Origin: Macrostomum lignano
Lineage: Eukaryota
Assembly: GCA_002269645.1 (NCBI GenBank)
Contig: NIVC01000900.1
Location: forward strand, 338,117-402,116
Direction of reading: 5' to 3'
Length of the DNA: 64,000 bases
Shown: piece by piece, positions 10,908 to 24,815 of the stretch
Position numbering within the stretch: the first letter of the stretch is position 1
How the letters are laid out: every line of letters begins with the position of its first letter
The notes under the pieces: model-generated
Told to the model about the DNA's origin: nothing
Seen by the model: the letters and a program-made list of their open reading frames with translations, nothing else
The model's database searches: none
Program-made: the position numbers and the translations under genes

Positions 10908-11965
10908 TTTAGATATTGTAATATGAGACTTAAGTAATTAAGACAGATTACGTATCTTTAGGTATATATACTACTTTACAGTTGATATTTTTATTTCTGG
11001 CTTCTGTCTAAGTTAGATCGACGCTTAAGAGAAACGTTTAGAGAAACAAGCACTAAATGATCCATAATATCGAATGTGTCGATAGAACCATGCAGGCTTA
11101 ACCAAAGTATCCGCTAAGGATCGAGAAACTGTAGCTATTGAGATTAGTTTTACCAATGAAAAAGCTAAACCACACTTCCTCCAGGAAAACAAGTCATCAA
11201 TAGGCTGGTCTATATTTATCGAATTAAAATCAAGATGACGCAATCATCATTTCAGAATCAAGTGAGTGAAGTTTACGTCACGTTACCTAACTAAAGGTAC
11301 AATTTAGATCTAAATTCATCAACAATCGAAGTGACAATTGTGACGGTCGCAGACGAAATGTGCTACATTAATTTTATTTTTAAACAATTACTTTTTGTTG
11401 GTTTTTTATTTTACGAGTACTGTTTGTTAAATCATAAGAAAATTTGTGTGTAGATATATTGGCAAACTATTTTGTTTGGCACAATTAATTAACTATTGAA
11501 CTTGCAGCTTTTTGCTGTCAGTTTGAGCTTAGAAGAAGTTTGAATGGTGAGCAGACAATCTTTGGGGTATTGACTTATAGTCCATTTTCTCCTTTTGTAT
11601 CTTTGTCTCTTAATTCTTATTATCGTAAAGCACTGCAAGCAATCGACACAACTGTCTTGTCGTGAATCTTTGTCCATTTCGCGATATCGACCGGTCGCTC
11701 ACCTCCGTCCGATGCTTCAATGACGACGAGACTGCATCTCATCACTGATCTTCGTCCATGTTCTTGGTTGCGGCCCGACACCCTGCTCGTCTGCAGGGGG
11801 TATGCAGTTTCATAGCTAACGTCGCTGTCTTCATCTTCCCAGCTCATATTGTTGCTGATTTGTAAGTTAGAGAAAGATGGTAAGCCTTTTAGCAGACATG
11901 AAAGGACTGTCAATGCTCCAAAGATTAGATCTTTGCTCACCAATCAAACATTTGGGCCATTGACT

Positions 11966-14900
11966 CCCAGTAAAAAAGGGTAGTCGGAAATCGATTGGAA
12001 TCTGATCGGAATTTAATCGGCAGTCGGAATTTGCCGGAAAAGGTTTAAACCACAATATTTTGTTTTATATAACACGTTACTATGATAATAAGCATAAAGT
12101 AATACAAGAAAATGTTTTTCGAGCTATATTTGCGCAATCGGAAATTAGTCGGAAACCATCTCTTGTTCTTCCGATCGGAATTTGTACTCATTTTTCTTCC
12201 TACTTTCCGATAAAGCCATATTCATAACGCATGTGCTGTACTAAACGTGTTTTCTTGCTTTTATGTATTGCCAGAATGTGCAGAATATACCTTTATGATA
12301 CAAAAAATTACTACAATAATTCAGTTTTTGTTTTGATGCCACAAAAAAAATGCTGGCCATCCAATTTATATCGAAAGTATTTAAAAAGCGATTTATTTTT
12401 TACCTTCCCCTCTTTATAACCTTTTCGTTATATTTTTGCTTATAGCGTCTTTCCACTGGCACTAGCACTGGCACTGGCAAAAAATATTACTAAATGGTTA
12501 TTAAAAACCTACTTAATGCCTAACCACTATCTTATTAATTATTGCTAATTGCAATACTCCTAGGCCTACTCCTATTGCAATTCCTACTTAACTAGGGCCT
12601 AGGCCTAGCCTATTTTGCTACACATTTTTCTCAAGATTGTCTTTAAAGCAGTATTTTCATTTAACTACAACTACAACTTATACCTTGTTTTTCTTATATA
12701 TGAAATTAATACTACTTAGTTTTAGGCTTTTAGTCATTGAATCTAAAAATATAGGGCCTTGGCCAGGCCCTAGTTAAACTTACTTTAGACATTTAAGTGT
12801 GTCTTATTAGGTTTACTCAATACCTACCTAACAATCAATAGACATTTGTTTAGGCTAAGGCATTTAAGCAAAGTAATTGAATAATGTCTATAGTTTACAA
12901 TTGTATATTATAATTTGCTTTTAGATAAGACTTTCTTTTTAGTATTATAATGAAGAATTATTAACTTATTATTTATAGACTAGGCCTAGTAAGTAAATAA
13001 TATAGGCCACATGTCAATAGCTATTTACACTTGCTTATAAAACATTTCTATGCTTAGAACTCTAGAACTCTAATTAAACTAAGACTCTGGAATGTTATGT
13101 ATGTCAGAAAATTTGGATATGCAAATGTCAAATGACTCATTTTAAAGTTGGCATACAAACTTTGGTATACAAATTCACATCCATTTTTGGCCTACAACTT
13201 TTGGTGAATAAATTTATGTTGAGCATGAAAATTTCAATGTAAATTAATGCTTTTATGTAAAATAAAGAAATATTTGTATACTCAAGAAATTAATAATAAA
13301 CTTTCTACTTCTTTATAATTAAAATGATTTAGAGTAGTAAAATTATTATTAAAATGTAAATGTTGCATCATTATTTTTATAGGTACAATTAAGTTTGTCT
13401 AAAATGAAAATATTTATAATATTTTAAAGAATACTTTTCATACAAAAACCTTTCTTAGGAAACTCAACTTGTGAAAACCAAATGACCTTTTTAGGAGGCT
13501 TTTTTAGTTTACATTTTAAGGATTTTTTTGTTTTTGGCATACACTGGCATACATTTAGCTAAGATAAGATTCTTGTTATAGCATACACTATTACACAATC
13601 CAGACCCTAGCTAAGACTTAGAATAATTTGGTCTTTTAATTTTGCCTTTAGAAATATTAAGATTTAGTATATTTAGATAAATAAAGTACTATATATCTCA
13701 ATGTCAAATGAAAGTTCAAATAGACAACAGGTCAATAAGATAAAAAATACTCAGGACATTATATCCTTAGAATACATTATTTATAATAGTAAATATGATT
13801 GTACATTTTGATTATGCTAGTATTAATTTTTTATTGTTTATATTATTTCTCTTAGTTATCATAGGGCACTGTTAGACTAAGACTAGGCCCCTAGTTCTAG
13901 CTTTACTAAGCATGCTATAGCTTGTATTATTATCTTATCAATGGCTTCTACTTCTATTTCAGACACTGCTGGTCTAGATGTGGTGCATTAGTGCAAAGGT
14001 GCCACAGTCTGTTTGCTACATAATGGATGGGATCTCTAGGTTCAGTTCAAGACTGGGGAAAAGGATCCTGGAAGAGCTGACTAGGCCTAGCTAACAAGGA
14101 TCAAAGGTCAAATTGTCTTTGAATATGTACAAGCATACTTTGGCGAGATCTTCAAGGGTATGTGTTCTTTGTGTTTTTATTCTTATAGTATATTCCAATT
14201 GCTTTTATACCAGTTTTAAAGATTGCAAATGTTAAGTTTTTTCTTGCCTTGCCTGAAGACAACTATTCTCCTTATTTTTTATTTCCAAATCTTTCTAATG
14301 ACAGTGAAGGTGCCCAACTGGTCTGCTGATCATGCCATTAACTCTCTAAATTACTCAATGCAGGACCATATCCTCCGAGTTCTCTGGATTGCATCAAAGG
14401 CCATTTAGAGCTTCTGCGATGGCGTCTGAAAGTGCAAGAGCTCCAGACCAACATTTGTGGAGTGTCAGTGGGGGAAGCAATTGCGACAATGAAGCGCCTC
14501 TGCCGCCACCTGTGATGACAAACCATTTGCTGACTCTGGCTGTAAGTTCGCTGACTGATAATGCAGCCGTTTGGTTCACAACATTTATCTAGCTAGCTAG
14601 CTTTTTGCATTCATGTGTTGTTCATCAATCATATTATTGTATTATTCTGCATTTGTTTTCTGTATCTTATTATTTGTTTTCGGCACTAATTTTCTGCATA
14701 TATTGCATTATTATTATGCTCTTTCTTGATGTTTCCTTGCATCCACGTGTAATACAGTTACTCTCTTGACGTGTTGTGCAGAAATTGCTTACTGTAATCT
14801 TTATAATTGCATAATATACAATGCATTGAGTAAATTAAATAGCCAATCATTATTGTGCTTCACTCTTCAAGCAGAATAATATTTTAAATAATGTATTATT

Positions 14901-15122
14901 TTGCTAAGCACTTTGAAAACCGATTTGTTTATTTTTTACGCAAGCTAGCCGATGCAAAAGCAAATTCTGAAAAATACAACCTAATCGTAATTTAGTCGGA
15001 TATTAGCGTCACATTCCGATCGGAAAACTCCGACTAGAAAACGACCGGATTGCACGAGCCACTTTGCTGACAAATTCCGACCGGACATTCCGATCGGATT
15101 CCGACTACCCTTTTTTACTGGG
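11966..15122. mobile_element. Non-autonomous CMC/EnSpm-like DNA transposon, 3157 bp
   Basis: Perfect 24-bp TIR CCCAGTAAAAAAGGGTAGTCGGAA at both ends. Subterminal (T)CGGAA(T) repeats. 2-bp TSD CT (11964-11965 and 15123-15124). CCC termini with a 2-bp TSD fit animal EnSpm elements. No intact transposase ORF. Confidence 0.8.
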
Positions 15123-15689
15123 CTGGGGGCAGCAGTTGTCTTGAGTGTAGCTTTCTGCCCATGGATGAAGGAATACCTGCCACTCTAAAATTAAGTCAAC
15201 TGCTCCTAAACTCTCCAACTGACTGCAGAAAGCTATATTTATAAGTAGATGTATAATATAAAATTATATACATACTACTATATATACATGTTCGCGCGTA
15301 CATTTATGTATTTCAAGCAGTGTTATAAACATTTTTGGTTGCTTATGGTTGTAAAATGCTATTTGAATTGCTTATTCAACACCCTATTATTGCTCGTGTT
15401 GATCGTTCAACCTGTACTATATATTTTCGCCTTTTCTGCAATAGAAATTTTTACTTGAACACTTAATGAACGACAGTATTAATAATGATGGAACTATATA
15501 TTTATCTAAGCTAGAGCTAGTGATTTGAAAACACTGCATGGTTTCCATGATATTGTTGAAAACAAGAACAAAACTACATGTATAAAGTCAGGTCGATACA
15601 CTCTAATACATACATGTATTTAAACATCCTGGCCTAGAAGGTTCTTACATTCTGTAATAGTACATGTATCAATGGGGGACCACCAGCGC

Positions 15690-16389
15690 CAGGGGCGTCG
15701 CCATTAATTTTATGGTGAGGGGGACAAAGCCAAAAATTGTACGTGTGTATGTACTGACTAAATTCCTACATCATGTACACTATTTTGAGAATCGGTTTTG
15801 TCAAAAATCATGATTCTAGCGCCGCAGGCACCATTTTAGCGCTGCAGGCACTCATTTTAGCGCCGCAGGTATACTCATTTTAGCGCTGCAGGTACTCATT
15901 TTAGCGCCGCAAGCACCATTTCACATTCTTTTCTTAACTTGATAGTAGAGAAGCACTATGGTGCGTAGGTAGTCATGTGGATAAATTTAAACCAATCATT
16001 ATCCCGAATTGGACCCAAAATCTTTCTCTATGCAGTTTTTCTTGCGCGCACATTGATACACCAAACGGACATGTACATGTTACGTCGCATTTCGCAGACG
16101 AAGTGGCCAATATAGCAATGTGATAAATGGTTTAATTTGATTCTGTATATGAGCTACAGTTGTACAAATTCTTGCAGAATTTGGGGGTTTCGACAAAAAA
16201 GCCTCTTATATGGCATGCAGCGTTTCCATGGAAACCTATATGTCGAACTAAAATTACTACAGTGTGTGTACATTATGTACAATATTTTTGGGAATCGCAG
16301 GGCATGCTATAATTGTAGTACGATCATTTTGGCGCCGCAGGGTACGCATTTAGCGCCGAACGCCAAGGGCCCTTATTAGGGCGCCCCTG
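15690..16389. mobile_element. Possible non-autonomous hAT-like element
   Basis: Short inverted termini CAGGGGCG...CGCCCCTG and internal tandem TTTTAGCGCCGCAGG subrepeats (15835-15915, 16328-16360). No 8-bp TSD match. Confidence 0.35.
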
Positions 16390-19300
16390 CTAGAAAGCAA
16401 ATATTGATTTCCATGACGGGTCACAATTAAGGTGGGGCGAGGGGACAATAAAGCATTGGCATGTCCAGCCATATTGCTTTTACTATATAGTGATATATCC
16501 CCCGACCCGCCTCCCAGCTTAATTGTCCCTGATCTCCTGTGGCTATATACGCCGCTGATGTGTTACGACAAAAATCCGATACATCATCGAGGCCTTTGTA
16601 GATTTCAGTGCAAATACACGATTCAAGCAAATCTTAAAAAATGTGTCGATTCGGAGCGCCCGTGATATGTCAGTTATATTATACGTTAAGCAGGGGCATA
16701 CATGCTTGTACATATGTAAGCTAATTAAAAATGTATTAACATTAAAATTAACTGAGAAGAAGACAAGCGGATTAATTTTAGCAGAGCAGGCGTCTCTTTT
16801 CGACTTATTAGAGTTAAGCAGGAAAAATTCTAAGCATTTTTTTAAAGGTAAAGAACTTATTTTCTCAAAAAGGTTTTTAAAATTTCAAAAATTCCTTGCA
16901 CACTTATATTAAAGCAGGGTTTGGCAAACCGTTGTGTTTCTGAACCATAGTTCTCGACACTTTTTTTATCAAAAAAATTACATCACAGACAGACTCACAA
17001 ATTTGTAAAATTATGGACTAATAAACATATTCAAAAAGAATCTTTGTTAAAAAGAACACTCGTTTATTTGAATCGTCTGTCTGTGTCTTAACTTCAATCT
17101 ATTGTGGAAATTTGTATCGTTAGTAGTCCTCTACATTTCATGATGCTGAGGGCCGGAAAAGCACTAGCCGGAAGCTTACATCTACAACAGACCAGAGCTT
17201 TTGCGAGAGGCTGGTGGCGATGTTTTATGTTTATAGGCCCTGGCCTGGCCCGGCTTCAGCAATAAAATAGGCCTATGCAAAGAAACCGTGGTAGGCGCCG
17301 CCGGCGGTAGGCCCCCTAATATTAGGCCTACTTTAAGCATTCTATTATATTAATAAAAGTAGGCCTACTAATTAATTGCCAATAAAATAAATGAATATGA
17401 AAGAAAACATTTTCATAAAGTTAGGCTTATTTTTAAATAGCAATTTTCATTTTTTAATTTTAATTTAGGCCTTCAACTCAAGTGTAGGCCTCAAGTGTGT
17501 GTGGATGATACTGATACTGATGCCTGATAGGCCTAGTATGGCTTCCAGAAAATCCAGTGACAAGGTGATTCGGCAACAGACAATCTGGCAACAGTCAAAT
17601 CAGTGAGGGTGACAGACAATCTGGTGACAGAGATTTTACATAGCAAATTTTACACAGATTTTAAATACAATTTTAGATACAAACAAAACTTTATATTTGT
17701 ATTATATTCTTTAAACTATGAACTATAGTTTTTAATTTTAGGCCCACATGTAGAGAATTCACTTTAGGATGAGCAGTATATTTTTTAAAAAGATTATATA
17801 TTAGGCCTATGTCTATATTTTTGATAGTTAAGCCAAGGATGATATCACATCAAATATGTTTTAATATAATAATGTATCTCCAGATAATAAAACTAGTGTG
17901 CAGCCTTTAGCAAAAATATAAAAGAACATATTGATTTAATGCAGTTTCCCATTTTTAAAGCAATACATGTACATGCATCATATTATCATTATAAGAATAT
18001 AAGCTGTTGATTGAAACCCTTAGCATATACATATAGGCCAACTAGTCTAGTCATTTACTAATTGTACTAGTTGACATCAACAGTTGACAATTTATCCATT
18101 GGAACTCATCAATATTCCCATTGAATCTTTGAAATCTCTGAATAGGCCTATTTCTATTATATTTCTAATTTTTAATAGTTAAGCTAGATATTGCAAAGTT
18201 CAATGCTGGCCTTGCTAGGCCTTACCCTTATTTCTGCAAGAGATATACTTGTAGTTAGTGCTAGTGGTCTTCTAGCAATAGTATTGTTAGAATGCATAAT
18301 GCACATTGCACAATAAAGTAATTTAATGCAAAAAACCAATAGATTGCCACAATTTTTATTTAGGTAAATATTTTGCTTGTATGCTATTCAGCATTGTAGC
18401 AATTTTTATCATATTTTTTCTATTTTTGTTATAATGTCCCAGGTTATATCATAATCAAGTATGATTTTTTAAAGGTATCATTGGCATATAAAAAAGCATA
18501 TCTATTAGGCTAGCCTATATACCATACTAGTTTAGAGCTCATTGTCAGTTTTTTTGTTTGTAGAAAGTACTTTATTCTATTTTTTACATTTATTTTAAAA
18601 CCCTTTAAGATCAGAATTACAGATCATTTTGTAAATTTAAATTATACCAACAAAGATTAGAATCCTTGAGAGCTTTCAAAAGAATTCAAGAGGGCTTAAA
18701 AAAAGCTCTCAAGAGGATCCTTGAAAGGATTAATCTTTAAAATCTTAGAGCCTAATTCATTAGAATCCCAAGATTGGGAAAATCTAAGATATCCCAATCT
18801 TGAAAATCCAAGGATTTTGTCTATGATATCCCAAATCAAAAAATTCCTGGATTAGCAAAACTTGAAATTTTGTATTCCCTAGAAGGTCATATATTTAAGT
18901 TTTTAATATTGTTTATTTAAACAAACAATATCAAACAATATTGAATTTTCAAGATTTTTCAATTTGATTTTTTGGCAATATAATACAAGATTAGATTTAG
19001 TTTTAAAATTTTTTTTCAAACTATTGGCTAAATCTCTTGATATGGGTAACACTAAAATGAGTTAAATTTTTAGACTAATCTGAAAGCAGTTTAAATTCCA
19101 TGCGTTTATAATATTTAGATATGCTATATTAAGAGTATTGGTATCCAATCTAGGGCTATTTGTTTTCACTTTATTTTATATATCAGATTTTCACACTTAA
19201 AAAAAGATTTGATCAAGAAAAAATCTAAATTCTTAAACATTTTTTTGTTTTTCTTTGTATAATTTAACTAAGGAATAATGACTATATGTGGAAAGTGTAG

Positions 19301-19402
19301 ATATATGGAAGATTATAAAAATTAGAAACACTGTCTTATTTAAAACTCCTAATTTTTTTTACTAAAATATATTCAAAACTAACAACATTTGCATTGCAGT
19401 CA

Positions 19403-22400
19403 ATGCTGTCTTCAAATCCACTAGAGCAACTGACTCCAGAGTTAAATTGTCAAATTTTTAGCTACCTATCAGCTAAAGAATGCGGACCATGTTTTGAGGT
19501 TTCTCGCAATTGGCACCAATTTCTAACTCAAAAGGCTCAGTGGGGTAGTCTGACTTTGCCTATAAGTTCTCACAGGGTCTGCAGTTCAGAACATCTAACT
19601 AAACTGACTGTTCATTTTAGCCGCATCAGTTCAAGCAATCAAGATCAAGTTGAATTTGCATTGTCTAGAGCGCCTAATTTAGAGTCTGTAGTTCTACTCA
19701 TTAAAAATGCCAGTCGAAGTCAGATTCGCTCAATACAACCCATTCTTATGAGACTGAGCAAAGAGAGATGGTGTCCGAGTTTGAGACAACTAATTATACG
19801 AGGCGGCCCGTGCAATCTGACTGATGATGGAGTTTTGAATTTGACTCAAGGGTGAGGAGACTCTCGATTGAGAAATAAAATGGAGCTGGATAAATTAAGA
19901 TACTTGAGTAGCGGTCGAGACAATGGTTTAAGAGCCATAGAGCCGATTGGTTTAAAATAAAAATGACTAAATTTTAAAAGTAGAGGTAGCGGGTAAAGAG
20001 CGGAGGGTGGGACGGGTAAAGATTGGAGCATAGGGCGGGTAAAAAGCGGAGGGTGGGGCGGGTAAAGAGCGGAGGGTGGGGCGCGTAAAGATTGGAGCAT
20101 AGGGCGGGTAAAAAGCGGAGGGTGGGGCGGGTAAAGAGCGGAGGGTGGGGCGCGTAAAGATTGGAGCATAGGGCGGGTAAAAAGCGGAGGGTGGGGCGGG
20201 TAAATATTGGAGCATGGGGCGGGTAAAAAGCGGAGGGTGGGGCGGGTAAATATTGGAGCATGGGGCGGGTAAAAAGCGGAGGGTGGGGCGGGTAAATATT
20301 GGAGCATGGGGCGGGTAAAAAGCGGAGGGTGGGGCGGGTAAAGAGCGGAGGGTGGGGCGGGTAAATATTGGAGCATGGGGCGGGTAAAAAGCGGAGGGTG
20401 GGGCAGGTAAATATTGGAGCATGGGGCGGGTAAAAAGCGGAGGGTGGGGCAGGTAAAGAGCGGAGGGTGGTGCGGGTAAAGAGCGGAGCATGGGACAAGT
20501 AAAGAGCGGATGATTCGTTGGGTAAAGATCGGAGCATAAGGCGAGTAAAGAGCGGAGGGTGGGGCGGTTAAAGAGCAAAAGTTATATCAGGTAGAGATCG
20601 GAGCATAGGGCGGGTAAAGAGCAGATGGTGGAGTGGGTAAAGAGCGGAAGAGAAGTCGCATAGAGAAGGCATTAGTTGTGTTTTAGAGTCGTAATTTTTT
20701 TATATGAATCTATTATGGTTGTTCACAGGTGTTCGAAACTCAGCCACTTCGAGTTTCATCCTACAAGCCTGGTAACCAATCATTCTCTAGTTGCCATGGC
20801 AACTAATTGGCCAGAATTGCGCTCACTAACTATGTTAAACTGTTTGGGATTAAATCTTGGTGACGGTTCGGCTGTGGGCATCTTCAAACTGCTAGAACAG
20901 TGCCGCGAGCTGCGTAGGCTGAGACTGGCTATTGGTCACGGAATTAAGCCGACATTCTTTACCAGACTGGGCAAGTGCGCTGCTCAGCTCACTCACCTGC
21001 GAATGGAGCTAATTGAGGTTGGAAGTTTTTTAGTCACGTTGGTGGCTTGTTTCATACTTTTATTGTTTATTCAAAAACCCAAACCAAAATCCTGGAGATC
21101 TCAAATCTCCACGGAAATCCAGATCCTAAATCCCCTAATCCAGACCCCAAATCCTCTAATTCAGATCCCAAATCCTCACTAAAATCCAGATCCCAAATCC
21201 CCACTCTAATCCAGATCCCAAATTCCCGCTCTAATCCAGATCCCAATTCCTCACTAAAATCCAGATCCCAATTCCTCACTAAAATCCAGATCCCAATTCC
21301 TCACTAAAATCCAGATCCAAAATTCCACTCTAATCCAGATCCCAAATCCTCTAATCCAGATCCCAAGTCCTCTAATCCAGATCCAAAATCCCCACTCTAA
21401 TCCAGATCTCAAATCCTCTAATCCAGATCCCAAATTCCCACTCTAATCTAGATCCCAAATTCCCACTCTAATCTAGATCCCAAATTCCCACTCTAATCTA
21501 GATCCCAAATTCCCACTCTAATCTTGATCCCAAATTCCCACTACAGATCCCAAAATCCCACTCTAATCCAGATCCCAAATCCTCACTGAAACCCAGATCC
21601 TACATCCCCCACTTTACTTGAATCAAGATCTCAAATCCCCAGATCCAAATCTTAAATGCTTTAAAACGCAAATAAAAAATATTCCCATATTTAAATGTAC
21701 CCTTTATAGGGAGATCAAGGCTTCGACTCCTGGGGCGAGCTTGACGGATTGGACGGCTTGTCTGGCTGCTCAAACTTGAGTAGCCTGGCCTTGGTCGACT
21801 GCGGGTACCCCGGCCCTAACGCCTTCGCCTCCTTGGCTGCTCACCTGACTGGGCTGCGCCATCTGCTACTCAAGTACGGTCAGACAGAGCCGCCCTCTGC
21901 TTCTGCCTGCATTAACGACCAGCTGCTGCTGGCTGTGGCTGAGCACTGCCCACTGCTGGAGACTCTGCGGCTTGCCGAGTGAGTGCCCGCTAATGCTTTT
22001 CTCAGTTGCTGAGCCAGCCTCCCAAATCCTCAGTTGCTGGGCCAGCTTCCCAGATCCTCAGTCTGCCAGATCCTCAGTTGCTGGGCCAGCCTCCCAGATC
22101 CTCAGTTGCTGGGCCAGCTTCCCAGATCCTCAGTCTGCCAGATCCTCAGTTGCTGGGCCAGCCTCCCAGATCCTCAGTTGCTGAGCCAGCCTCCCAGATC
22201 CTCAGTTGCTGGGCCAGCCTCCCAGATCCTCAGTTGCTGGGCCAGCCTCCCAGATCCTCAGTTGCTGGGCCAGCCTCCTAGATCCTCAGTTGCTGGGCCA
22301 GCTTCCAATCCCAGATCCTCAGTCTGCCAGATCCTCAGTTGCTGGGCCAGCCTCCCAGATCCTCAGTTGCTGGGCCAGCCTCCCAGATCCTCAGTTGCTG

Positions 22401-23028
22401 GGCCAGCCTCCTAGATCCTCAGTTGCTGGGCCAGCTTCCAATCCCAGATCCTCAGTCTGCCAGATCCTCAGTTGCTGAGCCAGCCTCCCAGATCCCCAGT
22501 TGCTGACAGTCTCACACACCCTCGCCGCCACTCATTCCCAGCTGCCAGAGCATCACAGACGTGGGCCTCAGCCAGCTGAAGTTGCTCAGCCAGCTCAATC
22601 GCCTCACTATTCGAGGCTGTCACGGTCTCCGAGACCCAGTCAGCATCAACAATGGGCAGAGCCATAGCCCGGATGCAGATGCTGGCATCACCACATCCGG
22701 CTTGGCCTCGACTGTAATTTCTTGCGCTAAGCTGTCTCGCCTATGCGTGGAATTCTCAATGTCGCACCGGCTGCCGGATGGCGATCAGCTGATCAGCAGG
22801 CTGGAGTCCAAGTGTGGCTCCATCGTAAACCTGAGCCTAATTGGCCTGACCGATATTAGCCATGCCAGTTTGAAATTTGTCGGTTTAAAGTTTGCCAGCT
22901 TGACCAGGCTGCGGCTCGGCTGTTGCAGTCGCATTGGCGAAACTGCCAGAGCCGACTTTCTGAGGGATGGCAGACCGGCTCTGCTCGAACGGGACATGGT
23001 TGAGCTGCTGGAGTCGACTCAGTGTTGA
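19403..23028 (+). CDS. F-box/LRR-repeat protein (FBXL-like, ~497 aa, 4 coding exons)
   Basis: Exons 19403-19851, 20729-21017, 21710-21978, 22542-23028 with phases 2/0/2. N-terminal F-box (LEQLTPELNCQIFSYLSAKECGPCFEVSRNWHQ). Cys-containing LRRs (CNLTDDGVLNLTQGCSKL, CINDQLLLAVAEHCPLLETLRLADCQSITDVGL, ISHASLKFVGLKFASLTRLRLGCCSRIG). Confidence 0.88.
19985..20645. repeat. G-rich 23-bp alternating minisatellite in FBXL intron 1
   Basis: Units GGGCGGGTAAAAAGCGGAGGGTG and GGGCGGGTAAATATTGGAGCATG. Confidence 0.9.
21095..21650. repeat. ~25-bp minisatellite in FBXL intron 2
   Basis: Unit ~CTAATCCAGATCCCAAATCCCCACT, variable. Confidence 0.9.
22005..22510. repeat. 28-bp minisatellite in FBXL intron 3
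   Basis: Unit CCTCAGTTGCTGGGCCAGCCTCCCAGAT, with shorter variant CCTCAGTCTGCCAGAT. Confidence 0.92.
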
Positions 23029-23189
23029 AATTTATTGGTGACATTCGCAGTGACATAAATTATATTTCTGCTACATTTCTCTTTGAATAGTCAAAATTCA
23101 AGTGTAACAAGTATCAGGACCATGTTGCAATGTTTGTTGAAGTTGTTTAAGCAATTAGTTTATGCGACTACCTATTGCAATCACGTGAT

Positions 23190-24815
23190 TCTCTAATTTC
23201 CTTAATTTCCTAATTTTCCTCATAAGGTTCCCTAATTTCCTTGTGAATTTCTAATGAGGTTGCGTGAGTCCCTAATGAGGTGGTGCGATTCCCTAATGAG
23301 GTAACGTGATTCCCTAATGAGGTAGCGTGATTCCCTAATGAGGTAGAGTGATTCCCTAATGAGGTAGCGTGATTCCCTAATGGGGTAGCGTGATTCCCTA
23401 ATGAGGTAGCGTGATTCCCTAATGAGGTAGCGTGATTCCCTAATGAGGTAGCGTGATTCTCTAATAAAGTAGCGTAATTCTCTAATGAGTTAGTGTGATT
23501 CCCTAATGAGGTAGCGTGATTCCCTAATGAGGTAGCGTGATTCTCTAATAGGTAGCGTGATTCCCTAATGAGGTAGCGTGATTCCCTTATGAGGTAGCGT
23601 GATTCCCTAATGAGGTAGCGTGATTCCCTAATGAGATGCGTGATTCTCTAATAAAGTAGCGTGATTCTCTAATGAGTTAGTGTGATTCCCTAATGAGGTA
23701 ACGTGATTCCCTAATGAGGTAGCGTGATTCCCTAATGAGGTAACGTGATTCCCTAATGAGGTAACGTGATTCCCTAATGGGGTAGCGTGATTCCCTAATG
23801 AGGTAGCGTGATTCCCTAATGAGGTAGCGTGATTCTCTAATAAAGTAGCGTAATTCTCTAATGAGTTAGTGTGATTCCCTAATGAGGTAGCGTGATTCCC
23901 TAATGAGGTAGCGTGATTCTCTAATGAGGTAGCGTGATTCTCTAATAGGTAGCGTGATTCCCTAATGAGGTAGCGTGATTCTCTAATAGGTAGCGTGATT
24001 CCCTAATGAGATAGCGTGATTTTCTAATGAGGTAGCGTGATTCCCTAATAAGGTAGCATTATTCCCTAATAAGGTAGCGTGATTCCCTAATGAGGTAGCA
24101 TTATTCCCTAATAAGGTAGCGTGATTCCCTAATGAGGTAGCATTATTCTCTAATAAGGTAGCGTGATTCCCTAATGAGGTAGCGTGATTCCCTAATGAGG
24201 TAGCATTATTCCCTAATAAGGTAGCGTGATTCCCTAATGAGGTAGCATTATTCCCTAATAAGGTAGCGTGATTCCCTAATGAGGTAGCATTATTCCCTAA
24301 TGAGGTAGCATTATTCCCTAATGAGGTAGCGTGATTCCCTAATGAGGTAGCATTATTCCCTAATGAGGTAGGGTGATTCCCTAATGAGGTAACGTGATTC
24401 CCTAATGAGGTAGCATGATTTTCTAATGAGGTAGCGTGATTCCCTAATGAGGTAGCATGATTTTCTAATGAGGTAGCATTATTCCCTAATGAGGTAGCGT
24501 GATTCCCTAATGAGGTAGCGTGATTCCCTAATAAGGTAGCGTGATTCCCTAATGAGGTAGCATTATTCCCTAATAAGGTAGCGTGATTCCCTAATGAGGT
24601 AGCGTGATTCCCTAATGAGGTAGCATTATTCCCTAATGAGGTAGGGTGATTCCCTAATGAGGTAGCATTATTCCCTAATGAGGTAGGGTGATTCCCTAAT
24701 GAGGTAACGTGATTCCCTAATGAGGTAGCATGATTTTCTAATGAGGTAGCATTATTTCCTAATGAGGTAGCGTGATTCTCTAATAGGTAGCGTGATTCCC
24801 CAATGGGGTAGTGTG
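23190..24815. repeat. 21-bp satellite TGATTCCCTAATGAGGTAGCG, ~75 copies
   Basis: Directly visible; sub-variants occur in higher-order blocks. Confidence 0.95.

Noticed and set aside
11489-11850. Minus-strand ORF MSWEDEDSDVSY...LVVIEASDGGERP (cadherin-like motif) and Myb/SANT-like snippets (WTKISDEMQSR, QCFTIIRIKRQRYK) in other frames
   Set aside because: Matches are short, in different frames and broken by stops. No compatible downstream exon was found. It may be a transposon relic but cannot be supported without a search.
16984-17085. 11-bp inverted repeat CACAGACAGAC...GTCTGTCTGTG (mini-MITE?)
   Set aside because: Short, microsatellite-like arms and no TSD; chance cannot be excluded.
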